64,000 nt of DNA from an uncultured delta proteobacterium (GTDB lineage Bacteria > Myxococcota > UBA727 > VGSZ01): assembly GCA_963775425.1 (NCBI GenBank), contig CAVZJB010000011.1, positions 960,001 to 1,024,000 on the forward strand, in the 5' to 3' direction. The translations under genes and the position numbers were made by a program. The notes below the pieces were generated by a model that was not told where the DNA came from, made no database searches, and saw only the letters and a list, made by a program, of their open reading frames with translations. Shown here one piece after another: positions 11,740-27,728 of the stretch. Within the stretch, counting starts at the first letter, position 1, and the number at the start of each line of letters is the position of its first letter.

Positions 11740-13068
11740 ATGGGCAGCCAGCGCACGCTTCGGGCCGTCAAGGGCATGAACGACCTCTTCGAGGAGGAGC
11801 TCGCCGCGTGGCGCCATCTCGAGGACGCCGCGCGCGAGGTCTTCCTCGCGTTCGCCTACGGCGAGATCCGCACGCCTCTCGTGGAGGAGACCGAGCTGTT
11901 CGTCCGCGGCGTCGGCGAGGGCACCGACATCGTCGGCAAGGAGATGTTCCGCGTGGTGCGCGCGCCGCCCGCCGGCGGCGTCGCCCACGGCCCCGAGGAC
12001 AAGGAGAGTCTCTCGCTGCGTCCCGAGGGCACCGCCGGCGTCGTCCGCGCCATGCAGGAAAACGGCAAGCTCGTCGCCGACGCGTACCACAAGGTCTTTT
12101 ATCTGGGCCCCATGTTCCGCGCCGAGCGCCCGGCCAAGGGGCGCTACCGGCAGTTCTCGCAGCTCGGCTGCGAGGTGCTCGGCTACGCCGATCCCGCGGC
12201 CGACGTCGAGGTCATCGCCCTCGTGCAGGCGTTGCTCGAGCGCCTCGGCGTCGCCGGCGACACGCGCCTGCTCCTGTCGTCGCTCGGCGACGCCGGCCCC
12301 GATCGCCAGCGCTACAACGAGGCCCTGCGCGCCTACTTCGCTGCGCACAAAGACGCGCTCAGCGAGGACAGCCTGCGAAGGCTCGAGCAGAACCCCCTGC
12401 GAATCCTCGACAGCAAGGACGAGGGCGATCAGAAGCTCGTCGTCGACGCCCCCAAGCCCCTCGACTTCCTCTCCGAGGACGCGCGCGCCCACTTCGCCGC
12501 CGTGAAGCAAGGCCTCGACGACCTCGGCGTCGCGTACACCGTCGAGCCCAAGATCGTCCGCGGCATCGACTACTACACGCGCACCGTCTTCGAGTTCGTC
12601 GGCGAGGCCGGGCTCGGCGCGCAGTCCACCGTCGCCGCCGGCGGCCGCTACGACGGGCTCGTCGAGGAGCTCGGCGGCCGCGCCACCCCCGCCGTCGGCT
12701 TCGCCGCCGGCATCGAGCGGCTGCTCCTGATGATCGCCGCGCTCGGCAAAACGCCCCCCGCGCGCCCGTGCACGCTCATGCTCATCGCCGCCGACGACGG
12801 CGGTCGGGCGATGTGCAGAAAGCTCGCATACGCGCTCCGCCGCGCCGGCGTCCGCGTCGACGTCGATCTGCGGGCGCGGAGCGTAAAGGCCCAGATGAAG
12901 CACGCGGACAAATCCGCGGCGCTCTTTACGGCGACCGTCGGGTCGAGCGAGATTGAGCGCGGCTCGATGCCGTTGAAGACGATGGCCACCGGCGCCGTCG
13001 TTGACGTACCCCTTGTGCCCGCGGCCCTGCACCGCGAGCTGCTCGCGCGCACCTCCGAGGTTCCATGA
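11740..13068 (+). CDS. hisS: Histidyl-tRNA synthetase
   Basis: LRAVKGMND, LRPEGTAG, FRAERPAKGRYRQF, RGIDYYTRTVFE, GGRYDGL and GFAAGIERL motifs. Confidence 0.98.
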   Translation: MGSQRTLRAVKGMNDLFEEELAAWRHLEDAAREVFLAFAYGEIRTPLVEETELFVRGVGEGTDIVGKEMFRVVRAPPAGGVAHGPEDKESLSLRPEGTAGVVRAMQENGKLVADAYHKVFYLGPMFRAERPAKGRYRQFSQLGCEVLGYADPAADVEVIALVQALLERLGVAGDTRLLLSSLGDAGPDRQRYNEALRAYFAAHKDALSEDSLRRLEQNPLRILDSKDEGDQKLVVDAPKPLDFLSEDARAHFAAVKQGLDDLGVAYTVEPKIVRGIDYYTRTVFEFVGEAGLGAQSTVAAGGRYDGLVEELGGRATPAVGFAAGIERLLLMIAALGKTPPARPCTLMLIAADDGGRAMCRKLAYALRRAGVRVDVDLRARSVKAQMKHADKSAALFTATVGSSEIERGSMPLKTMATGAVVDVPLVPAALHRELLARTSEVP

Positions 13069-13724
13069 TGATTTCCCGTCTCGCCCCCATCGCCGCCGCC
13101 GTCTTCGCCGCCACCCTCGCGCACGCCGGCGGCGACACCGCGCCGGGCGTCACCGGGGGCGACGAGGGGCTCAAGCCGGGCGTTTCGGCGCCGCAGTTCA
13201 TGCTGCCGGTGGTCAACGACTTCGCCGGCGGCCGGAAATGGGGCCCGGGCAAGTGGACGGGGAGCTCCACCAAGGACGCGAAGAAGCTCGTCGTCATGAG
13301 CTTCTTCGCCACCTACTGCGAGCCCTGCAAGAAGGAGATGCCCGAGCTCGCGCGCATCTACGAGGCGTACAAGGATCAGGGGCTCGGCGTGATGCTCGTG
13401 TCCATCGACAAGGGCAACGAGCAGCGCCAGACCATCATCGACCTCGCCAAGCAGAACAAGGTCACCTTCCCCGTGATGCACGACCGCTTCCAGGTCGTCG
13501 CCCGCCGCTACTCGGCCGAGCGCCTGCCGTACATGTTGATGCTCGACAACACCGGCACCGTGAAGACCGTGCACGTCGGCTACACCGACGACGTCAAGGC
13601 CAACCTCGAAAACGAGGTCCGCGCGGGCCTCGGGCTGCCGCCGCTCGCCGCCGCCGACGCCGCTCCGCCGCCGAGCAAGAAGGCGCCGGCGAAGCACGGA
13701 CGCGCCCGCAAGGGGAAGGGCTGA
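13065..13724 (+). CDS. TlpA/ResA-family thiol-disulfide oxidoreductase
   Basis: Signal peptide, SFFATYCEPCKKEMP (CxxC) and the cis-Pro motif LPY. Confidence 0.9.
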   Translation: MMISRLAPIAAAVFAATLAHAGGDTAPGVTGGDEGLKPGVSAPQFMLPVVNDFAGGRKWGPGKWTGSSTKDAKKLVVMSFFATYCEPCKKEMPELARIYEAYKDQGLGVMLVSIDKGNEQRQTIIDLAKQNKVTFPVMHDRFQVVARRYSAERLPYMLMLDNTGTVKTVHVGYTDDVKANLENEVRAGLGLPPLAAADAAPPPSKKAPAKHGRARKGKG

Positions 13725-13725
13725 G

Positions 13726-14262
13726 ATGCTCGGGCTCGCGCTCGCGTTCTCCATCGCCGCCGCTCCCGCCGCCGCCGACGATCGCACGCTGGTCTTCGTC
13801 GACGACGTCCAGGCCGCCGACAAGGCCCTCGGCCCCGACGCCACCGCGCTCACCACGGCCCTGTGCGCCGCCATCGGCAAGGACAAGCGCTTCGACGTCC
13901 TGTGCGCGCCCGACGTCAAGCAGATCCTGAGCTTCGCCGCCACCGCCGCCATGGTCGGCACCAGCGGCGATGGCCCCGGCGGCGCCATCCAGAAGCGCCT
14001 CGATCACGCCAAGGACGTCGTGAGCGCGTTGTTCAAGAGAGAGGGCGGCAAGTACGTCCTCGTCATCAAGGCGGGCCCCAAGGCAGCCGGGGCGCCGGCC
14101 ACCGCCCTGTACTCCGACAAGGCCGTGATCGCCCTCGAGGAGAAGGGCGACAACCCGCGCGCCATCCTCGACAAGATGCCCGCGCTGGCCGCGCGCGTCA
14201 GCGCCGCGCTCTTGCCGGCGGCCGCCACGCCGCCGCCGCCGCCCGCGCCCCTCAAGCGGTAG
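13726..14262 (+). CDS. Secreted hypothetical protein (related to the 9479 domain)
   Basis: Signal peptide. GKDKRFDVL resembles GHDKRFEVL in 9479-10240. Confidence 0.7.
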   Translation: MLGLALAFSIAAAPAAADDRTLVFVDDVQAADKALGPDATALTTALCAAIGKDKRFDVLCAPDVKQILSFAATAAMVGTSGDGPGGAIQKRLDHAKDVVSALFKREGGKYVLVIKAGPKAAGAPATALYSDKAVIALEEKGDNPRAILDKMPALAARVSAALLPAAATPPPPPAPLKR

Positions 14263-14380
14263 CGGGCCACACGCCCCTTGGCTGGTTTCGATGCAGCGAG
14301 CCGCGCGCCCTTGAGCGCCGCACAAGCGAAGTCGTACGACTGTACGGCAGCGAATCATCATCGCTGAAAAGGAGCCTGAA

Positions 14381-14893
14381 ATGCGCGTCGTCGTGCTCGC
14401 TTGCGTCGGTCTCGTCGCGGGATGCGGTCTGGATTTGTCGCAGCTCGGTGACCTCGCCAACAAGGACAAGGGCGGCGATGACCCGGGCGGCGTGTCCCAG
14501 GGGATCGGCAATTGCGACGCCGCGGCAAACGTCGCCCAACAGCTCGCGTCGACGGCGGACCCGGGACCGCCGCCTGCGATGACCGGCGGCACCATCGTCG
14601 ACGGGACCTACGCCCAGACGGCGCACGTCTATTACGAAAACGACGCGAACTCGAGCAACGACGCGGAGACCCTCGTCTTCGCCAACGGCACCGTGAAGCA
14701 AATCGCCTCGGACAACGGCGGTCCCGACCAGATCGTCGGGGGGACGGTGACCACGTCGGGCAACGCGCTCACCTTCACCCTGGTCTGCCCGCAAGCGCTG
14801 ACCATCGACGGCACCTACACCGCGACGGACACTACGTTCACCTTCATTCGCTCCGACGACCCGGATCGAGTGGTGACGTTCACCAAGCAGTAG
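14381..14893 (+). CDS. Lipoprotein, lipocalin-like beta-rich
   Basis: AGGAG RBS, lipobox VAGC, TGGTIVDGTY and a beta-rich C-terminus. Confidence 0.75.
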   Translation: MRVVVLACVGLVAGCGLDLSQLGDLANKDKGGDDPGGVSQGIGNCDAAANVAQQLASTADPGPPPAMTGGTIVDGTYAQTAHVYYENDANSSNDAETLVFANGTVKQIASDNGGPDQIVGGTVTTSGNALTFTLVCPQALTIDGTYTATDTTFTFIRSDDPDRVVTFTKQ

Positions 14894-14899
14894 CCGGGC

Positions 14900-14930
14900 A
14901 AAAAAACAACCCCGCCGGGGGGCGGGGTGT
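14900..14930 (-). terminator. Rho-independent terminator downstream of tRNA-Leu
   Basis: ACCCCGCC-gggg-GGCGGGGT hairpin (14909-14928) with an A7 tract at 14900-14906, which is a U-tract on the minus strand. Confidence 0.75.
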
Positions 14931-14931
14931 C

Positions 14932-15016
14932 TGGTGCGCGGAGGGAGACTCGAACTCCCATGCCTCGCGGCGCTACCACCTCAAGATAGTGTGTCTACCA
15001 GTTCCACCACCCGCGC
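14932..15016 (-). tRNA. tRNA-Leu(GAG)
   Basis: GCGCGGGTGGTGGAACTGGTAGACACACTATCTTGAGGTGGTAG...GGGAGTTCGAGTCTCCCTCCGCGCACCA. Long variable arm, encoded CCA and the classic position after secG. Confidence 0.97.
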
Positions 15017-15081
15017 GCGGCCAGAGCGCGATAACTGCCGCAGCTTCGTTCAGAAAGCAAGGGCGTAGTCGCCGGTCGAAC

Positions 15082-15633
15082 CTACGGAGCCTTCGCGGGG
15101 GCCGGCGCGGGCGCCGCGTCCGAGGAGGGGGCGCTGTCCGCGGGCTCCGCGGGGGCGGCGTCGTCATCGGCGTCCGCGTCGTCGGCCTTGGCGTCGTCCG
15201 TGCCCTTGGCGTCGTCGGCCTTGGCGTCGTCCGTGCCCTTGGCGTCGTCGGCGGGCTTGGCGTCGTCGGCGGGCTTGGCGTCCCCGGTGGCCGCGGGGGC
15301 GGCCTTGTCACCGGTGGCGGCGCCGTCGTCGGCCTTGTCGTCGCCCTTCTTCTTGTCGCCGTCCTTTTGTGTGGCGACGGCCTTGGTCTTCATCACCGAG
15401 GTGGTGTGGGACACGAAGTAGCTGAGCGAGATGGAGGTGATCATGAAGACCACCGCCGACGCCGCCGTGAGCTTGGCGAGGAAGGTGTTGGCGCCGCGGC
15501 CGCCGAACACCGTCTGACCGCCCGCGCCGCCGAACGCCGCGCCCATACCTCCCCGCGCGCCGGGCTGAAGCAGCACGAAGAGAATGAGGAAGAGGGACAC
15601 GAGGACGTGCAGGATGATCAAAAAGGCGGTCAT
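15082..15633 (-). CDS. secG: Preprotein translocase SecG with a long acidic repeat tail
   Basis: LILFVLLQPGARGGMGAAFGGAGGQTVFGGRGANTFLAKLT followed by DDAKxx repeats. Confidence 0.93.
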   Translation of the reverse strand: MTAFLIILHVLVSLFLILFVLLQPGARGGMGAAFGGAGGQTVFGGRGANTFLAKLTAASAVVFMITSISLSYFVSHTTSVMKTKAVATQKDGDKKKGDDKADDGAATGDKAAPAATGDAKPADDAKPADDAKGTDDAKADDAKGTDDAKADDADADDDAAPAEPADSAPSSDAAPAPAPAKAP

Positions 15634-15675
15634 GGCCGCTGTGGTCTACGAGCCCCGTCGCTCGACGGCAAGCCC

Positions 15676-15775
15676 CGTCAGACCCGCGCCCGTCAGACCC
15701 GCGCCCGTCAGACCCGCGCGCCAGACCCGCGCCCGCCAGACCCGCAGCGTCAGACCCGCCGTCAGACCCGGCCCA
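15676..15775. repeat. Tandem ~15-bp repeats (7 copies of CAGACCCG core) between tpiA and secG
   Basis: cgtcagacccgcgcc x3 plus four degenerate copies. The last copy contains the tpiA stop. Confidence 0.85.
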
Positions 15776-16529
15776 GCCCGGCCTCGGCGATCCGGAGCAG
15801 GCTCTCGGCCTCCAGGCTCGCCCCGCCCACCAGGGCCCCGTCGACGTCCGGCTCCGCCAGCAGCTCGGCGGCGTTGTCCGGCTTGACGCTGCCGCCGTAT
15901 TGGAGGCGGACCAGGGCAGCCTTGTCGCCGAAGTGCTTGTCGAGGAGCTTGCGGATGAGGGCGTGGACCTCCTGCGCCTGCGTCGGCGTGGCGTTCTTGC
16001 CGGTGCCGATGGCCCAGACGGGCTCGTAGGCGAGCACCAGGCGGGCGACCTCGTCGGCCTTGACGACGTCGAGGATGGCCTCCGTCTCGTGGGTCACCAC
16101 GCTCACCATCTTGCCGTTTTCGCGTTGCGCGAGGGTCTCCCCGACGCACGCGATGGGGACGATGCCGGCGTCGAGGGCGGCGCGGACGCGCTTGGGAACC
16201 GTGGTGTTGTCGTCGCCGAACATCGCGCGGCGCTCGCTGTGCCCGCAGATGGCGTGGGTGACGCCGAGCTCCTTGAGGTGCGCGGCGCTCCACTCGCCGG
16301 TGAACGCGCCCTTCTCGGCCCAGTGGACGTTTTGCGCGCAGATGGCGAGGGCGCTGCCGCGCGCGGCCTCGCACGCCGCGAACAGCGTGGTGGCGACGGG
16401 CGCGACGGCCAGCTCGACCTTGCCCTGCAGCCTGCCGATGCCGGCGACGAGGGCTTCCACCTGGCGGCGCGTGGCGTCGACGCCGAGGTGCATCTTCCAA
16501 TTGCCGCAGACGAAGGGGGTGCGCGCCAT
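15762..16529 (-). CDS. tpiA: Triosephosphate isomerase
   Basis: GNWKM, GAFTGE, GHSERR, AYEPVWAIGTG, YGGSVKP and LVGGASL motifs. Confidence 0.98.
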   Translation of the reverse strand: MARTPFVCGNWKMHLGVDATRRQVEALVAGIGRLQGKVELAVAPVATTLFAACEAARGSALAICAQNVHWAEKGAFTGEWSAAHLKELGVTHAICGHSERRAMFGDDNTTVPKRVRAALDAGIVPIACVGETLAQRENGKMVSVVTHETEAILDVVKADEVARLVLAYEPVWAIGTGKNATPTQAQEVHALIRKLLDKHFGDKAALVRLQYGGSVKPDNAAELLAEPDVDGALVGGASLEAESLLRIAEAGLGRV

Positions 16530-16697
16530 GTCGAGAGCCTCCGGGGAGCTGGATGCGCCTACCGCGCGGCCGATGCAACTGCCCCCCGTGGCGCCAGGGG
16601 GCGACGCCTGCACACATCCCGGGACGTCGGCTCCTGCCGAGGCGCGCACACCGCCTCGCGACGGCGTCATGCGCGAGGTTTGGGCTACGATCCATTC

Positions 16698-18575
<1,878 letters not shown>

Positions 18576-18583
18576 GGTCCACC

Positions 18584-19221
18584 ATGCGCTGCGCCGCCCT
18601 CCTCGCCCTCTCGCTCGCCGTCGCTCCCGCGGCGCGTGCCGACGACGCGACGGCGCGCGCCAAGAAGGCCTTCGAGGCGGCCACGGCGGCCTTCGAACGT
18701 GGTCGCTACGACGTGGCGCTCGCCGGCTACACCGAGGCCTACGGCGACAAGCCCCTGCCGGCGTTCCTCTTCAACATCGGCCTGTGCCATCGAAAGCTCG
18801 GCCACCACGACGAGGCCGTCGACTTCTTCACGCGCTACCTCGAGGCGCAACCCAAGGCGAAGAACCGCGCCGACGTCGCTGCCATGCTCGCCGAGGAAGA
18901 GAAGCTCCTGCGTGCAGCCCCGCCCCACCCCCCGGGGGTGGCGCCGCCCGGCGAGGCCGCGCACGCGCCGGCGAGCCCGGAGACGACCACCGCAGCGCCG
19001 GCGAGCCCTGCGCCGTCGGAGGGCCAGCCCGCGCGCGCGGGTCCGGCGAGCGAGGACGCGGCGCCGAGCCCCGACGGCGACGGCGGCGACAACCTCATGC
19101 CCTGGCTCGTCGGCGGCGGCGTCGCCACCGCGCTCGCCGTCGGCGCGGCGGTCACCGTCGCGCTCGTGGCCACCGCCAAACCGGCGCCGGTGGCCACCAT
19201 CGACCTGCGCGGAGCGACCCC

Positions 19222-19225
<4 letters not shown>
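18584..19225 (+). CDS. Exported TPR protein
   Basis: Signal peptide, LFNIGLCHRKLGHHDEAVDFFTRYL and a C-terminal TM helix. Confidence 0.85.
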
Positions 19226-22329
<3,104 letters not shown>

Positions 22330-22392
22330 GCGCCCCTTCTGCGGGGGGTTCCGTGCTAGACCGCCGCCTCCACTGAGATCCAGGAGATCATC

Positions 22393-23262
22393 ATGCAGAA
22401 AATTCTCGTCACCGGTGCCACCGGCAACGTCGCCCAGAACGTCATCAAGCAGCTCCGCGGCCAGAACCTCGACGTGCGCTGCCTCGTGCGCAGCGAGGGC
22501 AAGGGCGAGGCGCTCAAGGCCGCCGGCTGCGAGCTCGCCGTCGGTGACTTCACCGACAAGGCGTCGCTCGTGAAGGCGCTCGACGGCGTCGACACCGTGT
22601 TCCTCGTGACCCCGATGCACGAAGACGCCGCCACCTGGGCGGGCAACGTCATCGAGGCCGCGCAGCACCTGAGCCACAAGCCGCGCGTCGTGCGCCTGTC
22701 CGCGTTCGCGTCGTCGGTGGACGGCCCCACGGACAACAGCAAGCTCCACGGCCACACCAATCACCTGCTCGCCGTCTCGGGCCTGCCGTACTGCATCCTG
22801 CAGCCGAGCTTCTTCATGCAGAACATGTTCATGAGCGGCCAGTCCATCGCCAAGGACGGCTCCATGCTCTGGGGCATGGGCGACGCCAAGCTCGGGCTCA
22901 TCGACGTGCGCGACATCGCCGACGTGGCCGTCAAGGTCCTCGTCGACCACTCGTGGGACTTCGGCACCTACGTGCTCACGGGCCCCGAGGCGCTGTCGTT
23001 CCACGACGTCGCCACCTGCCTCACCACCGTGCTCGGCAAGGAAGTGAAGTACGTGCCGGTGGCGGTTGACGCCGTCGCCAAGGGCGCCAAGGAGATGGGC
23101 ATGAGCGCGTGGGGCGCCAACGTGATCAAGGACTACTCGACGTTCTACGGCGCCGACAAGGCGTCCTTCATCACGTCGTTCGTCGAGAAGATCGCGGGCC
23201 ACAAGCCGCGCTCGTTCGACGTGTTCGCCAAGGAAGTGCTCGCGCCGGCCTTCCAGCGCTGA
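22393..23262 (+). CDS. NmrA-like NAD(P)-binding protein
   Basis: AGGAG RBS, ILVTGATGNVA, IDVRDIADVA and YVLTGPEALS. Confidence 0.9.
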   Translation: MQKILVTGATGNVAQNVIKQLRGQNLDVRCLVRSEGKGEALKAAGCELAVGDFTDKASLVKALDGVDTVFLVTPMHEDAATWAGNVIEAAQHLSHKPRVVRLSAFASSVDGPTDNSKLHGHTNHLLAVSGLPYCILQPSFFMQNMFMSGQSIAKDGSMLWGMGDAKLGLIDVRDIADVAVKVLVDHSWDFGTYVLTGPEALSFHDVATCLTTVLGKEVKYVPVAVDAVAKGAKEMGMSAWGANVIKDYSTFYGADKASFITSFVEKIAGHKPRSFDVFAKEVLAPAFQR

Positions 23263-23377
23263 TCTGCGCGGTGTGACGACATCCGCGGCGGAAGGACGTT
23301 GCGTCGTTGACGACGCCGACGTGCCCCGCCGCGGATGTCGCCTTGTTCGAGCCGCGGTCGGCCGCTACCCTGGCGTC

Positions 23378-23812
23378 GTGGACGTCGAAGAGCAGAGCGT
23401 TCGCGGCAAGCCCCGCGGGGTGTTCCTCGGGGGCTTCTTCGTGTTGTGCCTCGCGATCGCCGTGATCATGGCCTTCGCCACGGTTTTCAGCGTCACGCTC
23501 TCGCTGTCCGCCCCGCACCGACCTGACGAGCCCGTGGTGGCGCGCACGCTGCTCGTCGGCACGGTCAGCTTGGCGATCTGCGCGTTCTTCGCTCTGGTCT
23601 CAAAGCGCATCTTCGACGAGTGGCGGGGACGCAGCGTCGCGCACGTCATCCCCCCCGCGCTGACAGTGCCGATCGCGTTCGCGCTCGGCGCCGGGGGCCT
23701 CGCGGCGTCATTTGCCTCGGACCGCCCCACGTATGGCGTGGGAGCGAGTGTCATCTTCATCGGCTACGCGGTCATGGCCACGTGGCGCTGGATCAAGAAG
23801 AAGCGCGCATGA
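23378..23812 (+). CDS. Hypothetical 4-TM membrane protein
   Basis: Four hydrophobic segments. Start codon uncertain. Confidence 0.6.
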   Translation: MDVEEQSVRGKPRGVFLGGFFVLCLAIAVIMAFATVFSVTLSLSAPHRPDEPVVARTLLVGTVSLAICAFFALVSKRIFDEWRGRSVAHVIPPALTVPIAFALGAGGLAASFASDRPTYGVGASVIFIGYAVMATWRWIKKKRA

Positions 23813-23836
23813 GCGGCGCCTCCTCCCTCGCGGCGC

Positions 23837-24280
23837 TCACGCCTTGTTGAGCAGGTCCCGGATCTCGGTCAGCAACACGACGTCGGCCGGTGGAGGGGGA
23901 GGCTCTGCGGGAGCAGCAGCGGCCTCCTCCTTGGCCATGCGCTCCTTCAGGTGGTTCACGCCGCGCACCACGAGGAACACGGCGAACGCCAGAACCAGCG
24001 TGTTGACCAACACCGTGGCGAACGCGCCGTAGCCGAGCACGACGGCGCCGGCGAGCTTGCGGGCCTCGGCGAGCGGGGTCCCCGGCTCTACCGTCCCCTT
24101 GAGAATGACGTAGCTGTTCGAGAAGTCGGACTTCCCGATGAGGCCCGTGAGCGGGACGATGAGCTCGTTGACGAACGACTTGAGGATCGTCGTCATCGCG
24201 CTGCCGATGATGATGCCGACGGCGAGGTCGATGGCGCTGCCCTTGCCGATGAAGTCGCGGAAGTCTTTCCACAGAGACAT
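23837..24280 (-). CDS. mscL: Large-conductance mechanosensitive channel
   Basis: FIGKGSAIDLAVGIIIG, YGAF and LLTEIRDLL motifs. Confidence 0.96.
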   Translation of the reverse strand: MSLWKDFRDFIGKGSAIDLAVGIIIGSAMTTILKSFVNELIVPLTGLIGKSDFSNSYVILKGTVEPGTPLAEARKLAGAVVLGYGAFATVLVNTLVLAFAVFLVVRGVNHLKERMAKEEAAAAPAEPPPPPADVVLLTEIRDLLNKA

Positions 24281-24292
24281 GTCACCCTCCAA

Positions 24293-25691
<1,399 letters not shown>

Positions 25692-25704
25692 CGTGTCCTC
25701 GCGC

Positions 25705-26691
25705 TCAGAAGAGCTTGTAGGAGAGCAACACCGACGTCGCGATGTCATAGTTGGTGTACGCGTTGCGTCGCGCGATGGCGCCGTTGTCCCAGGCGGCGTT
25801 CAGCGTGACGCCGATGCTGAGGCTCTGGTTCAAGCTCACGTTCAGCGTGTTGGTCCACGCCGCGATGGTCGCCTCGCCGAGGCCGAGCTTGTTGTCGCCG
25901 CCGCCGAGGCGCGCCTTCTCGAAGGGCGCGTCCACCGACGGGAAGATGTTGGGGATGATCTCGAGCGTGGTGGTGTAGCTGACGTTGTCCGACAGCGCGT
26001 TGGTGTACGCCAACGCGAAGCGCGCGCCGATGGTGCCGGTCTCTTCGAGCTGCGTGTCGTCGTAGATGTCGACGCGGCCGTCCTTGTTGGTGTCGACGCC
26101 GACGGGCGTGTCATCGATGGTGTAGACGACGCCGGCCTCGCCGGAGAGCGAGTGCTTCTTCAGGTTGAAGAAGTAGTGCCGGTATCCGAGCTCGCCGCGC
26201 AGGCGCGCGAGCAGGTTGGCGGCGGAGTCGTGGAACACGAGGGCGGCGACGTAGAGCGAGTCGTTTTCGGCGAGGAAGTAGTCGTAGCGCAGCTTGGCGC
26301 CCGCCACGGTGGCCGCGCGGTTGTTCGGGTCGAACAGCGGCAGGCCGTAGCCGTTGGACGGATCGCCGTCGGGGTCCTGCGCCACCGACGTGAGCCCGGC
26401 CGCGAGCTCCACGCGGAAGCCGTGCTGGAGGACCCGCGCCTGGTAGTAGCCGCCGGCGCGCCCGGCGGCGGAGGAGGTGTTGCCGTCGTTGAAGAGGATG
26501 CCGAGCGAGACCTGCGCCTCCTGCGACAGCGTCGACGACACCTTGGGCGGCGGCGCGGCGACGGCCTCCTGCGGCTTGGCCTTGTCGACCTTGGACGGGT
26601 CGAGGTCTTCGACCTGCGCGCGCGCCGACAGCGCGGACGCGAAGACGAGAGTGACGAGCACGGGGTGGGAGAGCATGGGCGACATCGGCAT
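25705..26691 (-). CDS. DUF481-like outer-membrane beta-barrel protein
   Basis: Signal peptide, NDGNT, RYDYFL, GYRHYFF and C-terminal LSYKLF. Confidence 0.75.
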   Translation of the reverse strand: MPMSPMLSHPVLVTLVFASALSARAQVEDLDPSKVDKAKPQEAVAAPPPKVSSTLSQEAQVSLGILFNDGNTSSAAGRAGGYYQARVLQHGFRVELAAGLTSVAQDPDGDPSNGYGLPLFDPNNRAATVAGAKLRYDYFLAENDSLYVAALVFHDSAANLLARLRGELGYRHYFFNLKKHSLSGEAGVVYTIDDTPVGVDTNKDGRVDIYDDTQLEETGTIGARFALAYTNALSDNVSYTTTLEIIPNIFPSVDAPFEKARLGGGDNKLGLGEATIAAWTNTLNVSLNQSLSIGVTLNAAWDNGAIARRNAYTNYDIATSVLLSYKLF

Positions 26692-26850
26692 CCTTCCCTG
26701 ACGAGCGCGCGGGTAGACCCGCAGGCGCCAGTTTCGTCAACCACGTCCGCGCTCCGGTTGCGGGGTGGCAGGCGGCGCGCGTGCGGCGCTGATCTGCTGT
26801 AATGGTCCGCCCCGCGGGGCGTTTCATCAGCAATTCGTGAGGGGAAGCGC

Positions 26851-27426
26851 GTGGACGACCGCTGGGCTGCCGATGCCGACGAGATGACCGCCGTGGCGCG
26901 CGGCGACGACGTCGCGTTCACGCGGCTGTATCGCAGCCACCACCCGCGCGTCTTCCGCGTGGCCTGCGGCATCCTCGGTGATCGCGAGGCTGCCCGGGAC
27001 GTCGCCCACGACGCCTTCCTCAAGCTCCTCGCCGTCGCGCCGCGCTGGGAGCCGCGGGCGCGCGTGGACACGTGGCTCCATAAGGTCACGGTGAACGCGT
27101 GCCTGTCCTGGCGGCGACGCCTCGTGCGCGCGCTGGTCCCGATGCCGGTGGCCGAGGCGAAGAGCGCCGTCGACGTCGTCGCCGACCGCGAGGCGCGCGA
27201 GCAGACCCGGCGAGCGCTCGCGCATCTCTCGGCGCGCGACCGCGCGCTCGTCGTGCTGCACCTCGATCAGGACCTCGCGGCCCACGAGATCGCTCCGCTC
27301 GTCGGGCTGACCGACAACGCCGCCCGCGTCGCGCTCCACCGCGCGCTCGAACGCGTGCGCCGTCATTTGCCCGGGGAGGCGTCGTCGGGCGCCGCCGCGG
27401 CTGATCCGCGAAGGGTGCTGCCATGA
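26851..27426 (+). CDS. ECF sigma-70 factor
   Basis: AARDVAHDAFLK, WLHKVTVNAC and EIAPLVG...RVALHRA motifs. Confidence 0.9.
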   Translation: MDDRWAADADEMTAVARGDDVAFTRLYRSHHPRVFRVACGILGDREAARDVAHDAFLKLLAVAPRWEPRARVDTWLHKVTVNACLSWRRRLVRALVPMPVAEAKSAVDVVADREAREQTRRALAHLSARDRALVVLHLDQDLAAHEIAPLVGLTDNAARVALHRALERVRRHLPGEASSGAAAADPRRVLP

Positions 27427-27728
27427 ACGATCTGAAGGCGCGCGTGCAAACGCTCCTCGACGCCGAGATGCCCACTGCGCGCGAGGGTGACAGCGACCTC
27501 GCCCTCCTCCTCGCCCGAACGCGTCGTCACCGCGGGCTCGTGTGGGGCTCCGCCGTGCCGGCTGCGCTCGCCACCGCCGCCGTCGTCGCCTTCGTGGTCG
27601 TACGTGGCCACACGCCGCTGGAGCACAACCGCGACGAGCCGCTCTACATCTCCGTCGCCGACGCCGGCGATCCGCAGTCCGCCGTCATCATCGATCTCCG
27701 GTTGTCACCGCAGCGCAAAGGAAGATGA
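27423..27728 (+). CDS. Small single-TM putative anti-sigma factor
   Basis: ATGA overlap with the sigma gene. One TM helix and a short periplasmic tail. Confidence 0.7.
   Translation: MNDLKARVQTLLDAEMPTAREGDSDLALLLARTRRHRGLVWGSAVPAALATAAVVAFVVVRGHTPLEHNRDEPLYISVADAGDPQSAVIIDLRLSPQRKGR

Noticed and set aside
14381-15016. tRNA-Leu as the attachment site of an integrated element
   Set aside because: I saw no integrase and no duplicated tRNA 3' end, and housekeeping hisS lies close downstream.
22330-22352. Possible terminator after the Cys-rich lipoprotein gene
   Set aside because: The stem is short and imperfect and has no convincing U-tract.
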